Origin: Marsupella aquatica
Lineage: Eukaryota; Plantae; Marchantiophyta
Assembly (NCBI GenBank): GCA_973895155.1
Contig: OZ316893.1
Location: 20,940,955-21,004,954, forward strand
Reading direction: 5' to 3'
Length of the DNA: 64,000 nt
The notes below the pieces were generated by a model. It ran no database searches. It worked only from the letters and a program-made list of their open reading frames with translations, and was not told the origin of the DNA. Made by a program: the position numbers and the translations under genes. This document shows positions 10,758 to 23,940 of the stretch, piece by piece; the stretch's first letter is position 1, and every line of letters begins with the position of its first letter.

Positions 10758-13700
10758 TTACTTGTGACGCAATTGCAAAACCTGCAGCACATCACGATGT
10801 CTAGAGAAACTTTCTGAATGAATCACTTTGGTAAATGCATCAGCTGGGTTGAGTTTACCGTCTATCTTGACTAGCTCAAACAAATTATCAGACACAGCCT
10901 GCCTGATAAAATGGTACCTGACATCTATGTGCTTCACTCTACTGTCTATCACCTGGTTCACAGCAAGGTGGAGCGCACTTTGACTATCACAATGGAGCTT
11001 CACATTCTCCTGTGGCAATCCCATTTCATTGATAAGTCTATCCAACCAAATCGCTTCCTTTGCTGCTTCCGCTGCTGCAACATACTCCGCTTCTGTAGTA
11101 GACTGAGCAATATACTTCTGCAAGTAGTAGACCTCCAACTTATGCATCCACCGCCAAGTGTGAACACGTCCCCTGTTGTTGATCTTCTTCGGTCCAGATC
11201 TTGTCCATAGTCAGAATCTACATAGCCAATCAATGATCTAACATTCTTTGCATTTGCATCAAATAAAAGACCATGATCCACGGTACCCTTCAAGTACCTG
11301 ATAATCCACTTCACTGCTTCCCAGTGTACCTTTCCTGGATTTGACATGTACCTGCTCACCTTGCCCATAGCCATGGCAAGATCAGGTCGAGTGCAAGTCA
11401 TCAAATACATGAGACTTCCCACTGCCTTATCATAAGGAACTTTTGATATCAGCCCCTTCTCTGTTGCATCTGTGGGACAAAAAGCTGATGAAAATTTGAA
11501 GTGTGCAGCCAAAGGGATACTTACTGGCTTACTATCTCCCATGTTGAACCTAGCAATTACCTTCCTCACATAACTGCTCTATGTCAACCATAGCTTACCA
11601 ACCTCCAAGTCCCTAGTGATCTCCATACCCAAAATCCTCTTAGTTGGCTCTAGGTCCTTCATCTTAAACTCTACACTTAGCAGTGCCTTAAGCTTAACAA
11701 TCTCAGACCTATCATTGGCCGCAATAAGCATGTCATCCACATAAAGTACTAAAACAATGAACCCAAAGACAACATTCTTCACCGATTTCAAATATACACA
11801 AGGGTCAAACACACTCCTGTGAAAACCTTGTGACCGAATCCAATCGTCAAATTGCTTATTCCACTGTCTTGGTGACTGCTTCAACCCATACAAGGATTTC
11901 AGCAATCTGCAAACCAAATCCTCCTGTCCTTTCTTCACAAAACCTAGCGGCTGTCTCATGAAGATCACCTCTTCCAAGGTGCCATAGAGGAAAGCTGTGA
12001 CAACATCCATCTGATCTAGCAGCAGACCAAACATTACAACAAGCACACACAATAGCCGTATTGTTGAGTACTTAGCAACTGGTGAAAAGACCTCATTGTA
12101 ATCCACACCTTTTTCCTGTGTGAATCCCTTGGCTACCAACCTAGCCTTATAGACCTTCGATCCACCTCCCGTAGACTGATCCTTTAGTTTGTATATCCAC
12201 TTACTGTCCACCACTTACTGACCCTTAGGCAGCTTAACAAGCTCCCAAGTTTTGTTGTCATTTAGTGACTGCATTTCTGTTTGCATTGCTGCAGTCCATT
12301 TCTGCTTCTCCTTTGAAGCACTTGCCTCATGAAATGAAGAAGGTTCCCCTTCTTCCAAAATTAACACATCACCCTCATCATCAGCTGAAAAATCGTCCTC
12401 TTGCAATTGAGATGAATCAACCCACTGTCCATACCTAGGAGGAGCGCGTACAGTGCGACCAGATGTTCTTCTAGCCGATGACTCTGGTTGAATTGCGTCT
12501 ACTGGTACGATTTGAAGCTCAACAGCATCCACTTGTTGCTCACCAGCATCAATAAAATCCTCTTGTTCCTCTGGCACAGGAACCAGCTCCATGCTTGGAG
12601 CACCTCCTTCTCTCCGATCATGCACTTCATGATCAATCTCCCCCTCAACGAGATCCGGGATAGGAGATTTCCTTTGTCAGTACGGGAGACCTGAGTATTC
12701 TCCCCTTCCTTCAATAATCTGGATTCATTGAAGGAAACATCCCTACTGACAACGAGCTTACAGGCAATAGGATCCCATAGCTTGTAGGCCTTCACACCAC
12801 TCTGATACTAAAAAAAAATACATTTCTTGGATGTAGGATCCAACTTGGTCCTATTATGCTTTGGTGTGAGAGCATATGCATCACTTCCAAAAACTACCAA
12901 GCCATGATAGTCTGCTTGCCGCTTATAACGCATTTCAAACGGCATTTTGAAATTGATTGCACTAGAAGGAGAAAGATTTACCAAATAAGCTGCAGTATTG
13001 ACAGCTTCTGCCCAAAATTTTTGTGGTAAACCTGATTGGCTCAGCATACTCCGTGACCGCTCCAATAGTGTTCGATTGAGCCTCTCAGCGACACCATTCT
13101 GCTACGGAGTATAAACTGTGGTGAGATGGCGAGTTATCCCCTGTTCTGCATAGTACTCTTCAAATTCTATTGGAGTGTACTCCCCGCCGTTGTCAGACCT
13201 GAGACTCTTCACCCTGGTATCCAAACACTTAACCGTGTTTCCTGTCTGATTCTCCACTTGGGCCTTCCACTTTGTAAAAATAGACAAGACATCAGACTTA
13301 TGCGTCATGAAATAAATCCATACAAATCTTGAGTAATCGTCAATGAAGGATACATAGTATAATTTTCCAGAATGTGAGGGAGTCGGGGATGGTCCCCACA
13401 CGTCACTATGTATGTACTCAAGAACCGCTTTGGAATGATGAGTTCCAACACCGAAAGCACAACGATGCTGCTTTCCAAAAATACAATGCTCACAGAATTC
13501 CAATTTACAAGACTGCAAATCAGAAATGAGCCCATTCTTCCGCAAGATAGCCAAACCCTTCTCACTCATGTGGCCTAGCTGTGAATGCCACAGTTGAGTC
13601 ATTTCCTCGTGAGACTTGGTTACATTGGCCTCTCCACATATTGTATTGCCCTGCAACACATACATATTCTTCTGTCTGCTCCCCTTCAAAATCACTGTCT

Positions 13701-14031
13701 CTCCCGACATGACTTGAAGTTCACCATCAATTACTCGCCATTGATGACCATTTGTATCCAACACACCGAGTGAAATCAAATTCTTACGCATGCCAGGTAC
13801 AAACCTGACTCCAGACACTGTGCGCACAATGCCATCAAATATTTGAATCTTTACAGACCCAATACCCTCAACTCGACAGGAGTGATCATTTCCCATCAAA
13901 ACTGAACCGTTTGACACAGAATAAGAATTGAAATACTCGCAAATGTAATAAATATGAAAGGAGCAAGCACAATCAAGAATCCATACATCATTTGCTCTCC
14001 TAGATGATGTGCATAGGGCATACTCATTACT
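10758..14031 (-). pseudogene. pol: pol of element 2, broken by stops and frameshifts
   Basis: ORF fragments 13102-13917, 12808-13065, 12499-12795, 12215-12625, 11579-12214, 11000-11569 and 10758-11147 tile the element-1 Pol. Confidence 0.95.
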
Positions 14032-14904
14032 TCATAAAACATACTCATCATTGAGTAAATCAGCTTCTCCATCAGCACTAGCCACATTGGCTGATGAAGT
14101 ATCAGCTGCCTTACCCTTACAATCCCTCTTAACGTGACCAACCTTGTGACACTTCCAGCAGACTACTGGCTTTCTCTCCTGGGACTTCCCCCTTGAAGCA
14201 AATCTTGTCCTAGATTTACTTCGTTCCTTGCCATTCGTGCGCTGCTCGGGACATCGCTGTGACCTCCCACGATTCACATTCAAGGCAGCACCAGATGACG
14301 ATGCTGTCTGGGCTTGACCCAACTTCTTCTGTGCATCATCTGATAGCAAAGAGCTTACCACCTCATCGTATGAAATAGACTTCAAGTCTCTATACAAAAG
14401 AACCTACTTCAAACCCTGATAAGATGGGGGTAAGGAGCTGAGAAGAAGCAAGGCCTTGTCCTCTTCTTCAACGCCCTTACCGAGATTAGACAAATCAACA
14501 GCTAGGCTGTCAAATTCATCCAAGTGATCTTGGAGCTTGTTCCCTTCTTTGAGCCTAAGGCTCATCAAGAGAGACTTCTTGTACAATCGATCTGATGCAT
14601 CCTCCCGATAGTACTTCTTCCTTAGGGCTTTGAATAGAGATGCACAATCCGCGTAGTCATCCAACTTCTTGATGATATGCGGCTTCAGGTAAAGTATCAC
14701 CGTATTCACTGTAATTCCTTGTTCTTGCCTCCACCTCTTTAGTGGAATCTCCTCCTCATCATTGTACATCTCTCATGTAGAGAGAAGATGATCTAGGTCC
14801 ATAGCGCGAAGAACTCCTTTCACTTGCTTCTCCCAGAGCAAGTAGTCCGTACGCCCATCATACTTCTCCACCTCAAACTTGACACCTCCGAACCTGGATG
14901 CCAT
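14032..14904 (-). pseudogene. gag: gag of element 2 (two internal stops)
   Basis: MASRFGGVKFEVEKYDGRTDYLLWEKQVK, LLSSLPPSY, zinc knuckle CWKCHKVGHVKRDC. Ends EYVL-TGA. Confidence 0.9.
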
Positions 14905-16690
14905 CTGTTTTTCCTTCACAATCCCCTCTACTCGCTGCACCGGTGATTGTACCGGTGTCACGTGCGCTTCCTCTTGCTCCTCTCTCTCCTCCTCAAACCG
15001 TTGTGGTGATCCTTGTGCTTCAAGATCCACTTCTTCGAAAATCTCCTCCGAATCACTTATGTGAGAATGCAAGAAAAAAATGACGGTTTTTCAACTTCTT
15101 CAAAAAACTCAAAACTTATCACCGTCGCGTAGCCCACAAGCCTAGCTCTCCAACGCTGAAAACCAGAATCAAAACGGAACTCCGACGTAAAACTTATTCA
15201 CTTTTTGGTTGGGGTGGGTAAAACTCAAAATTCTCCCCCGTTTTGACCACCTCAGGGAATAACCAAAATGTGAACGAGTACTCAACGTCGGAAACACAAT
15301 TCGATTGGTGCACCGCGTGGCCAACTTCGATGGCTACCTCCTTGCCGAAGATGAACAAAAAAAGTTACCGTTCGGCGGACGGAATCTTCGACAGACGGCC
15401 AAAAACATGCTCTCTGTTTTTTGGGAATATTCCCACACATAGCAGCAGGGCTCACAGGGGGCCGTTCCCCCTGTCCAAGCGGTTAAAGTGGAGGGCGGCA
15501 GGTCCCGGGATGCGGCAGCCAATGGGGAGGGAGGAAAAGAAAGTAAAAATTAAGGCCTAAAGGGGGTTTAAAGCCCCTTTACAAAAAATAGGCGTATAGC
15601 CGGGGGGATATCGGGCCGCATACGGGGTCAGGCCGGGGCGTGTTGCGGCAGCATACGCAGTCGCGTATGCGCTAGGGCAGGTGAGAGCCAGGAAAATGCA
15701 GGGCCGGGAAGGGTGACCGGCGGAAGGGCGCGCGCAGGTCTGGACGATTGGCAGGGAGGAAGCAGGCGGCCGACGGGCGCTACGTGAGGCCCCAAAGGCC
15801 CCCAAAACTACAAAGGAATTAACCACGTCCCCCCAAAAAAACTCAAATGCACACCCCGTCACCAGCAAGGGCTAAAAAAAACTTTTCTTTCCTATGTGCG
15901 ATGGAGGTCTCTAGAGAGAGAGAGAGAGCCATAAATGGAGTATTTTTCGAACAAAAAATTTGCCCGTAAGAAATCCAAAAATGCTTGTGGACATCAAACA
16001 AAAAGAGCTTGCACCTTGCAACGTTCGGATTATGTTGAGGACTCAGAAACCGATGTCGGTGGGTTGGAAAGATTTGCGCACCCGCACCGTTTGCTGGTCA
16101 ATCAGTGACAAAAGTTCAGAACTCCTTCCTCCTATGGGCAAAAAATGTCAATCTTGGACTCAAAATGATCACCTCTTCGTGATGTCTCCGTTCTGCCCAA
16201 GCACTTCACGTCTCTCCCTCCGAGTCGAGCGCAATGACGAGAAACCCCGCTCAGGCAAAAGAGGACTCCATAGCCGATCAGAAAATCAGAATGCTTATTT
16301 TGCTCGTTGCGTCGCACTCGTTACACACTTGGCAACAAACCATCTACCAAAACAATCAACTCGTCCCGATCTACAAGTAGAGCTACAGCATGCGACGCCT
16401 CCTTCACCGTAGAGCTCACACCGTCGAGAAAACAAACTCTGGTCCTTCCTCCGAAAAACCATCGAACACGAATGTTGCCAACTTTCTTCACAAATTCCAG
16501 AATGACGAAAACCTAGATCTCTCCACACCACAATCTCCGTTTAGCAATTTCTTCACACCGTTAGAAAGCCCTTGCCCCGATCTATCCGTTGAGCCCATAA
16601 ACTCCAAGTTCCATGCGACGGAACTCCGGGAAATCCACCGACACTCAACGCTGGAAAAAACCGTCACGAACAATGTCACCTCCCAGGCAT

Positions 16691-16702
16691 GCTCTGATAC
16701 CA
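16691..16702 (-). promoter_or_regulatory. PBS (tRNA-iMet) of element 2
   Basis: Reverse complement reads TGGTATCAGAGC. Confidence 0.95.
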
Positions 16703-16704
16703 AT

Positions 16705-17047
16705 TGTTGAGCATAGACGATAATCGCAACGGTAAGCACATGACACATCCAACGTGCAAGTAGTCGACACAAGAGATACGTGGTTCACCTCCTCGAGGCT
16801 ACGTCCACGGGAACACACAAGAGAGCTTTACTGAACTCTAAGCCCGTCGGCCATACTAAGTCTTTACAGTGTAAGCTCTCCTCATCTCTCAAGTGGCCCC
16901 ATAACAATGAGCCTAAGTTCCACTTATCCAAGCAAACACCGCTTGGCATATAGTGTGCATCCTAGTTAACCTAACCACGTCTCCGACTACGGTTAGTCTA
17001 ACTATGGTTACATGCCGTAACCCTAGACCTTGATTAAATACCTAACA
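16705..17047 (-). repeat. 5' LTR of element 2
   Basis: Direct repeat of 10222-10564. Confidence 0.96.
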
Positions 17048-17916
17048 CATGGGAGTCTATCTTCGGCTGCCGTAAGGAAAGCCTGCAGGCTTGAGCAACA
17101 CTTAGCTTGTAACTGTTTTGCAACTTTAGGCCTCGTTTTAAGCACAAACCCAGAAATCCAAAATTGTGGAATGGGCTGACTCCAGAAAGCTGCAATTGAA
17201 GGCACAAGGGCTTTGCACTTGACATGGTGATGGCTGTTGTATCTGAGGTGCATGGTGGCTGATCAAGAATGAAGGGAGAATGATATATGCTATGAGACAA
17301 AGGTGAGGCCATAACTCCTGCCTTATGGGGCAGGTCAATCAAGAAGTCAATGCTACCTCCCTCCATTGTTCAAATTCCTTCACTGCATGGGTCCCATAAC
17401 CAGAGTTACAGGATAAACCACAAGTCCGTACTAACTTAAAACGACGACCCAACTTTCAAAGTTGTCTATGAGCATGGCTCCCAAACATGCATAGAAGGTG
17501 AAGACAAGATTGATGGTGTATATCTTCACCCTGGTCTTCACATTCCTAGTGCTACCTACAATGTGCAGATCCACATAAGTGCAAAGTCTGTTTGACACTA
17601 CTCATCCCAGCAAGTGTAGCCCTTGATTAGCCAAGCAGAAGTAGTCTTCAATCATTGCAAAAATTGAAGTTCCATGCTCGAGCTCACAAGTTAACCAATT
17701 CTTGCTCAAACCCAATCCGGGAAGTGGACTTCACCAAACCTGGTTACACAAAAGACTTTGAACTTGCAAAATTTGAAGGTCACTCTTGTCACCCAAATAG
17801 AGAAAAATGGAGGGCCACACTTATCACTTATCTAAATGGATACAGGCAGGTGCACCTGCAATATCTAAGAGTGAGCCCGGGAGTGAGACTCAAGGCATTA
17901 AATAGTTTTCCAGGAA

Positions 17917-18634
17917 ACAAATATACACACTTTTTATATACAAAGGGACCAATCAGATTACAAATGAACAAACAAAAGAGGGCCCAAGTGGACAAAACCA
18001 ATCGAAAAAGAAGTGAGCAAAAGGGAATCACTAAACACCAAGAAAGAGGAACTAAAAGTAAGAAATGAGCAATTATAGGGAACCCCTAAAAACCAAGAAA
18101 GAGAGACTAAAACTAACCCAAGCGGACCGAGGTCCTCATCATTCCTAGCGAATGTGGCAAAAAGCTACTGGTCCACATCAAGGGTCAAAACTAGATCGGC
18201 AAGTGAGATTGGAACATCCTCTAGGGGAGCTAGCCGCTGCGGAGGCACACTAGCACCCACTGTAAGAGATCGACGATAGATGGCCCGAGCTTGAGCACGC
18301 TGCAAGGTGACTGAAATGCGTTGGCAAAAGTGCGTGGTCAAAATAGAAAGCGGGGGTCCGATGGGACCCATGCGGCCATGAACATCCCGGGCAGCTTGCC
18401 GAAGAAGCCCATCAAACTGAGGATGAAGACGCCCAAATAGCTCCAGAGCAAGGGGGAGGAAGCTGTCGGATGAAGCTCGTGCAGCATATTTGGCCTCCTT
18501 CGTTGTTGCCGCACGTGACGCTGCTGCCCCTGCCGTAGTTGCCGCTGTCCCAATGATGTCTTGGCGCAATGGGTTTGCCACCACTACATCTGCCAATGTA
18601 CGTTGACCCTCACGGACCATGGTAAGATCCACCC
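17917..18634 (-). mobile_element. 5'-truncated non-LTR retrotransposon, restriction-like endonuclease (CRE-like) C-terminus plus 3' UTR
   Basis: Peptide RVDL...LADVVVANP...KEAKY...FLPLALELFG...QRISVTLQRAQARAI matches the PD-(D/E)xK RLE tail of CRE-clade elements. Flanked by 12-bp direct repeat GTTTTCCAGGAA (17905-17916, 18635-18646). Confidence 0.8.
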
Positions 18635-18674
18635 GTTTTCCAGGAACTATCATCTGAATGTTCCTTTTTTCTTG

Positions 18675-19980
18675 AAAGAAAAGAACTTGATGGGGCCCCT
18701 CCAGGGAAACAAACCCCTGAGGAGACCCCTTTGTTTGAAATGGACTCCCTGGGCCCTCAGTCCCTGCAGCCCATGCACATTCCCTGCCACCTAGCCCCTT
18801 GCACCCCTGCACGTACAGTTCCATATTCAACCAGCATAGTACCTTGTAGCCCTGTTGTCCTCCCAAATCTATTTTAAAAGGGTTTGCTTTTTTCTAGAGT
18901 GGCCAATGTCACCTGGTACACTGAAGTTGAAGATTCTAAGAATGTTCTTTGTTTAATTTTTTAGGTGAATATTTTACCATGAGATGTTCCTAGGTTTAAA
19001 GAGAATGGTCAAATTCTGGAAAAGGGGGTATGTGGCTAGGTGGGAAATAAACAAAAAAACACTGACTAAGTTAATCAAAATGGTTCATATGTTTTTAGTG
19101 GGGTTGCAGAGTGGAATTTTGCACAGCGGCTGATCAGAAAACGCTGGAGGAAGGGCAATTTTGAGACTCTCTTACTATTATAGCATCACTACATGTCAGA
19201 AAATCCACTGAGAAAAATTAATCTAGGGAATTTTGGTTTGAGACAGGTTTGCAACACCCACCCATGAGTTAGCTCAACAATAGTAGGGTGCTAACACATT
19301 TTGTGCACTCAGACAATTTGAAGTGTGGACAGCAGTGCCCTGACTGTACAAAACAGTGGCAATAAATCCCATTACCCAACCCATAGCATTCCACGTGGAA
19401 AAAAATCAGTAGCGAAGGGCTACTTTGAGACTCCCTAATGCAACCCAAGATTTTTCCTGCCTGTCTCTTGCCCTCCTTTTGCAGGATACAAGGAAGCCTC
19501 TAGGATGCCAGGATACACGGTGCAACGTGGTGACCAGAAGAAGGGAAGGGAGTGTATTTTAAGTAAAACAAATTGTCAAATTCTACCCAACTGGAAAGTA
19601 TTATCCCTTTTGGGAGAAATTAGCAAGTTTTTTTCCTACTTCAGACACACTAGGTGAGGTCCTCCACTATGGGACAAAAACAAAAAGCTTGAAAAGCAGC
19701 GGACATTACAGTAGGCTGCAGCCTGCAGGGTACTATGCTGGTTGACTATGGAGCTATGTAATTGTTAACGAGGCTAGATGGCAGGGGGTGTGCACGGGCT
19801 GCAGGGATTGAGGCCCCAGGGAGTCTATTTCAAAGGAAGGGGTGTGTAGTGATTAACCAGGCTAGGTGGCAGGGGATGTGCACTGTCTGCAGGGACTGAG
19901 GGTCCCATGGAGTCTATTTCAAACGAAGGCGCCTCGTCAGGGGTTTTTTTCCCCCAAAAGGGCCCCGCAAGCCTTTTTCA
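18675..19980. repeat. Imperfect ~120-bp inverted repeat pair (18675-18796 vs 19860-19980, partial extra arm 19771-19843); possible foldback or Mutator-like remnant
   Basis: GAAATGGACTCCCTGGGCCCTCAGTCCCTGCAG...TGCCACCTAGCC is mirrored by GGCTAGGTGGCA...CTGCAGGGACTGAGGG...GAGTCTATTTC. No TSD identified. Confidence 0.6.
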
Positions 19981-20139
19981 GATCGCCTGAAAGGTGCACT
20001 TTTATTTATGAATAAAATAAACCCAATAAAGACAGACATTAACCTGCCAGATCACAATCGACTAACTGCCAACAACCACTTGATACCAAACACGTTCAGT
20101 CAGGAGGGCCAAGGAAACAAAACATTAACTACAGGTGAA

Positions 20140-20680
20140 AGTCAAATGGACGTGTGAATTAGGTGTCATGGTAAAACACAAGTGACCCCTGAATGTCATC
20201 TAAACGACGGGCATCTAATAGTGGGGCCCATGGAGTTTCTAGGAATCCTCACGCGAATGTCAAAATGAACTGAAATGTGGATCAGGTATAATAAAACAGA
20301 AGTGACCCCTGAATGTCATCTAAAGGGGCATCTAAAAGTGGGGCCCAAGGGAGTTGAAATAATTAGTTTTTTAGGAACTCTCACCTGAATCTCAGAATGA
20401 ACATGTGGATTGGGTATGGTAAAACACAAGTGACCCCTAAATGTCAGACTGGATGTGTGGATCAGGTGTGGTAAAACACTAGTGATCCATCAGTTTTGTC
20501 CTCTAGTTTGTGTAAAGCCCCCTAAGATGCAGTCTGCCCCCTAATAAGATGCATTCTCTGACCTGTTGGATTGTTCACCCCTGAATGTCAAAATGAACAT
20601 GTGGATCCAATTTTTAAAGCACAAGTGATCTTTCAATTTTTGTCCTCTACTTCTTTATAAAGCCCCCTTGTAATCCATTA
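20140..20680. repeat. Degenerate tandem repeat (core GTAAAACACAAGTGACCCCTGAATGTCA / AATGAACATGTGGATC)
   Basis: About five imperfect recurrences with variable spacing. Confidence 0.7.
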
Positions 20681-22910
20681 CAGGATCTACTGGATTGTCC
20701 ATAGACTCCTAGTCAGTGCTTTGCCTTGCTCAGATCTCAGGCTGTGGCATGAGCTTGATACACATCACCTGCCGTCCAAGCAAATGTTTAAACTCCAGAT
20801 TTGCATCTATTTGTTTTCAGGTGTTGACTGCAACTCAACTCGAGGAACAGATCGCGTATATGACAAAGCTGCCTAGAGATATTTTCTACCGTGAGCTTCA
20901 ACTTCGCAAGCCATGTGATGTGACTCATCCTTATCACCATTCCTTCACTTTATAGAGTTGAGGCCTATTCAATGAAAACTTTCCACAACCCAATCGTCTT
21001 TCCCCACTTTTGAAAATCTGAGATTGGAATTTGAGATCTAAATGAATGAATGAGATCTTGAAACGAATCAATCGGGAAAGAGCTTCGAGAGTAGGAAGAA
21101 CTGGGGAGATGAAACCCGGAGGAAACACATCGAAGAAGCTAGAAAAGGTTTGCAATGATTGAGCACATGCTTGGAATATGGGAACCGCAATGACTGAGCG
21201 TAAACCCCAGAGCATGTCCGCATGATCACTTCACCAAAGGAGTAAATATTGCACCCGTGGTAGTGTGGTACTCACCCTCACGTTGGCAGGCCACGGTGGC
21301 ATGGATTGGGCCAGCTTTTCATGGATGATTGCTTGAGCTTGAAGCCAAAAAGTACCAAAGCATCTGATTTTGGTACGCCCGTCGACCTCTGACATAGTCT
21401 GTCGACAATTCGGTCTCCACACCAACTCAGACGAATGGTTTGCTTCGTAGCCATTTCGAAATTTGTTTCTGTGACAGGATTTTTAATCCCGGACTCTTGC
21501 AAAGCTGGGCGTTGGTATTTATGGCCAATTGCGATCAAAGTGGCGAGAATGATCAAGGGGGAAAACTTCTTCAAGATAAGTGTCTTTTACCAAAAGCTTC
21601 AATTTGTAATGGACACGAGCTCAAAGTATGTTCACTTATTAGTTGACATCACCTTTATAGCTGGTTTTGTCTCAATCAATCTTCTGGTTGATTCCAAATC
21701 AAGTTTGCAATTTGATTTCATTTGTCAGCCTGGCTGATAGAGTCGGGGATAGAGTAGGGGTTCCTTAGTTCATCGTTGTTGCAAATTTATTTTTCCAGAT
21801 TTCAAGTTTGGGCTTTAAGCATTGTTACTGCAGTTCATCGGGTTGCCTCTTCATCACCTCTGCCAAAAAAGTGTTTCATCTTTGTTTGGGGATAACAGAA
21901 ATTTTATACAGAAGATAGGTGGAGCAAAGATGAACTGGAAACAATGAGTTTTTATTTGTGGCAAAATATTTTTTGGTCTCAACTTTATTTGGTCTGGAAG
22001 AACGGGTAATGAAAGAAGGGGTAATCAGGCTACCGTAGTATTAATGAATGAGATTTATTTTCCAGATCACCAGGCTTTCAAATTTTGACAGGACCTTCCA
22101 ACTCAAGGAGTGCAAATCGGAAGCCGGTACAGCCCTTGCATTATTGTTTAGGACAAAAAGTAAACGTGGGAAGGCTATCGTTTCACCACGATCCAACCGA
22201 GGTGTCCATATATTCAAAGACATCCATGGATTCCATGCCTTTGTTACTTTTTAGAGAATGGCACCTTTCACGGGAAAGACTAAGGGCTGTCTTGCATGTG
22301 CAAGAGTCCTCAAAAAAGCGGCCCTTACCAGCCCACAAATGTCGGGAAAAAGTGCAAACCAAATCTACCAGGAGTGGGGAGCAGATACACGGGAAAAACG
22401 TCCAGAAGTCTGGGTCAAAGACGACGTGTTATGTCTACCATTTTGTTTTATTATGATTTGAAGGTTGGGGACCTCAAGGGCCGGAAATTTTCCGGCCCTT
22501 GCCCTTGCAACTCCACCAAAGATGGCGTCAAGACTGCCGAACTGTCGCTTGATTAAAAAAAGGCCACGGGTTCATTTCAGGGCCGGAAACCAAAAGACCT
22601 TGTACATGCAAGACGGCCCTAAAGGACATGTCGGGACAGAAAGAATGGTTCACAAGACGGCTCAGCATTATGGTACAATCTTAAAGCTCCTCCATCATTG
22701 GTTGTAAAGACGCGCTGCGTTGCGCTGGGCCAGGGCTGCTGCTGCTGCGGTGGCCGTAACTTCCATGAGTTCAATCTCCGCAGTCTCGGACCGCGTAAGA
22801 ATGTAGCCATTTCCTGTCTCCTCACCCAACTTTTGATTTGCTCCAGGGATAGTGATGAGTTATAATCAGCCATTTTTAGATCATCCCCGGTTTCCTATAC
22901 CTGTCTTAAG

Positions 22911-23047
22911 TAAAATATACACATACTTTATACAGAAAAAGGCCAAATAGAGTACAAAAGAATAAACAAGAGAGGTCCCAAGTGGACAAAACCAAACGCA
23001 AAAGAAGTGAGCAAAAGGAAACCCTAAAAACCAAGAAAGAGGAAACC
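22911..23047 (-). mobile_element. 3' UTR-only copy of the RLE non-LTR element
   Basis: Shares CCCAAGTGGACAAAACCAA..AAAAGAAGTGAGCAAAAGG..CCCTAAAAACCAAGAAAGAG with 17983-18103. Candidate TSD CTTAAG. Confidence 0.75.
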
Positions 23048-23559
23048 CTTAAGGCGTTGTGCACGATAAACAAAAACACTGTTCTCATATCCGTTTTGTC
23101 GGGCTAAATAAGTTCATTAATAACTTTCCCAAGGGTGGTCCAGTCACCATCAGCAACCCGATTCTTGTTACCGTATCCCCACACTCTATCCCCATCTTAC
23201 TATTAAAGCGTCAACTCAAGTCTACTTTTAAGAACCTAGGTAGTCTACTTTTAAGAGCCTAGGTCTAGTGTGAAACCTCTAGACCATAACTCTATGGCCA
23301 TCATGTGCAATGGAGAAACTCATGACATGATGTATGTACATACCAATTTTCCTTGATAATTTCTATATGCACTATGGCCTCACCACAACATATGTGCATT
23401 AAAAAATACTCATGTGCACATAAAGGAGAAAGGTATATTATATATGACTATTAAAATGATGAATTTTTTTTATCATTTCATTAACCTTCAAAGAATATGA
23501 ATAGAAAAAATATTTTGATAATTTTTTATTATACTCTCTGCTATTACGTTCTTTGAACG

Positions 23560-23940
23560 GGTAGTCGGGGCTAGTAGTGATAGATATTAGAGTATCCGCA
23601 CAGGTGCTCTTTATCTACTATAGCTACGGGCTGAGATATTTATATGGTTGGATTTTAAACGCACTTGGGGCATCTTTTGCACTATTTTGTACACATTTCG
23701 TGTTCCACTTGCTCATGTAGTTAGTACATTAGACGTGGTCTATTAGCTCTTGTCACATAGTCTCTGAGTTCGCACTCATGCGCTGTTTGACACCCTTCCC
23801 TTTATTTTCTCAGTCTTTTAGGTTTGCACTTGCTTTATTTTTCTTTGTTTGGTTTTTGTACTCTTTGGACCACTTTTTCTTTGGACCACTTTTTCTTGCC
23901 TTTCATTGTACTCTGTTTTTTTCCTGGTATATAAACTTTG
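23560..23940 (+). mobile_element. Diverged 3' fragment of the RLE non-LTR element
   Basis: Reads LGASFALFCTHF and VPLAHVVSTLDVVY* (compare PPLSILTTHF and ISLADLVLTLDVDQ*), followed by a T-rich UTR. Boundaries approximate. Confidence 0.5.

Larger units (their letters stand above)
10222..17047 (-). mobile_element. Full-length Ty1/copia LTR retrotransposon, coding-defective (element 2)
   Basis: 343-bp LTRs at 16705-17047 (5') and 10222-10564 (3') with 6 mismatches counted, TSD CATGG (10217-10221, 17048-17052), PBS 16691-16702, PPT 10566-10575. Pol peptides are nearly identical to element 1. Confidence 0.98.

Noticed and set aside
18165-18866. 233-aa ORF as a single gene
   Set aside because: The N-terminal third lies outside the TSD-bounded retroposon, so this is a chance fusion with flanking repeat DNA.
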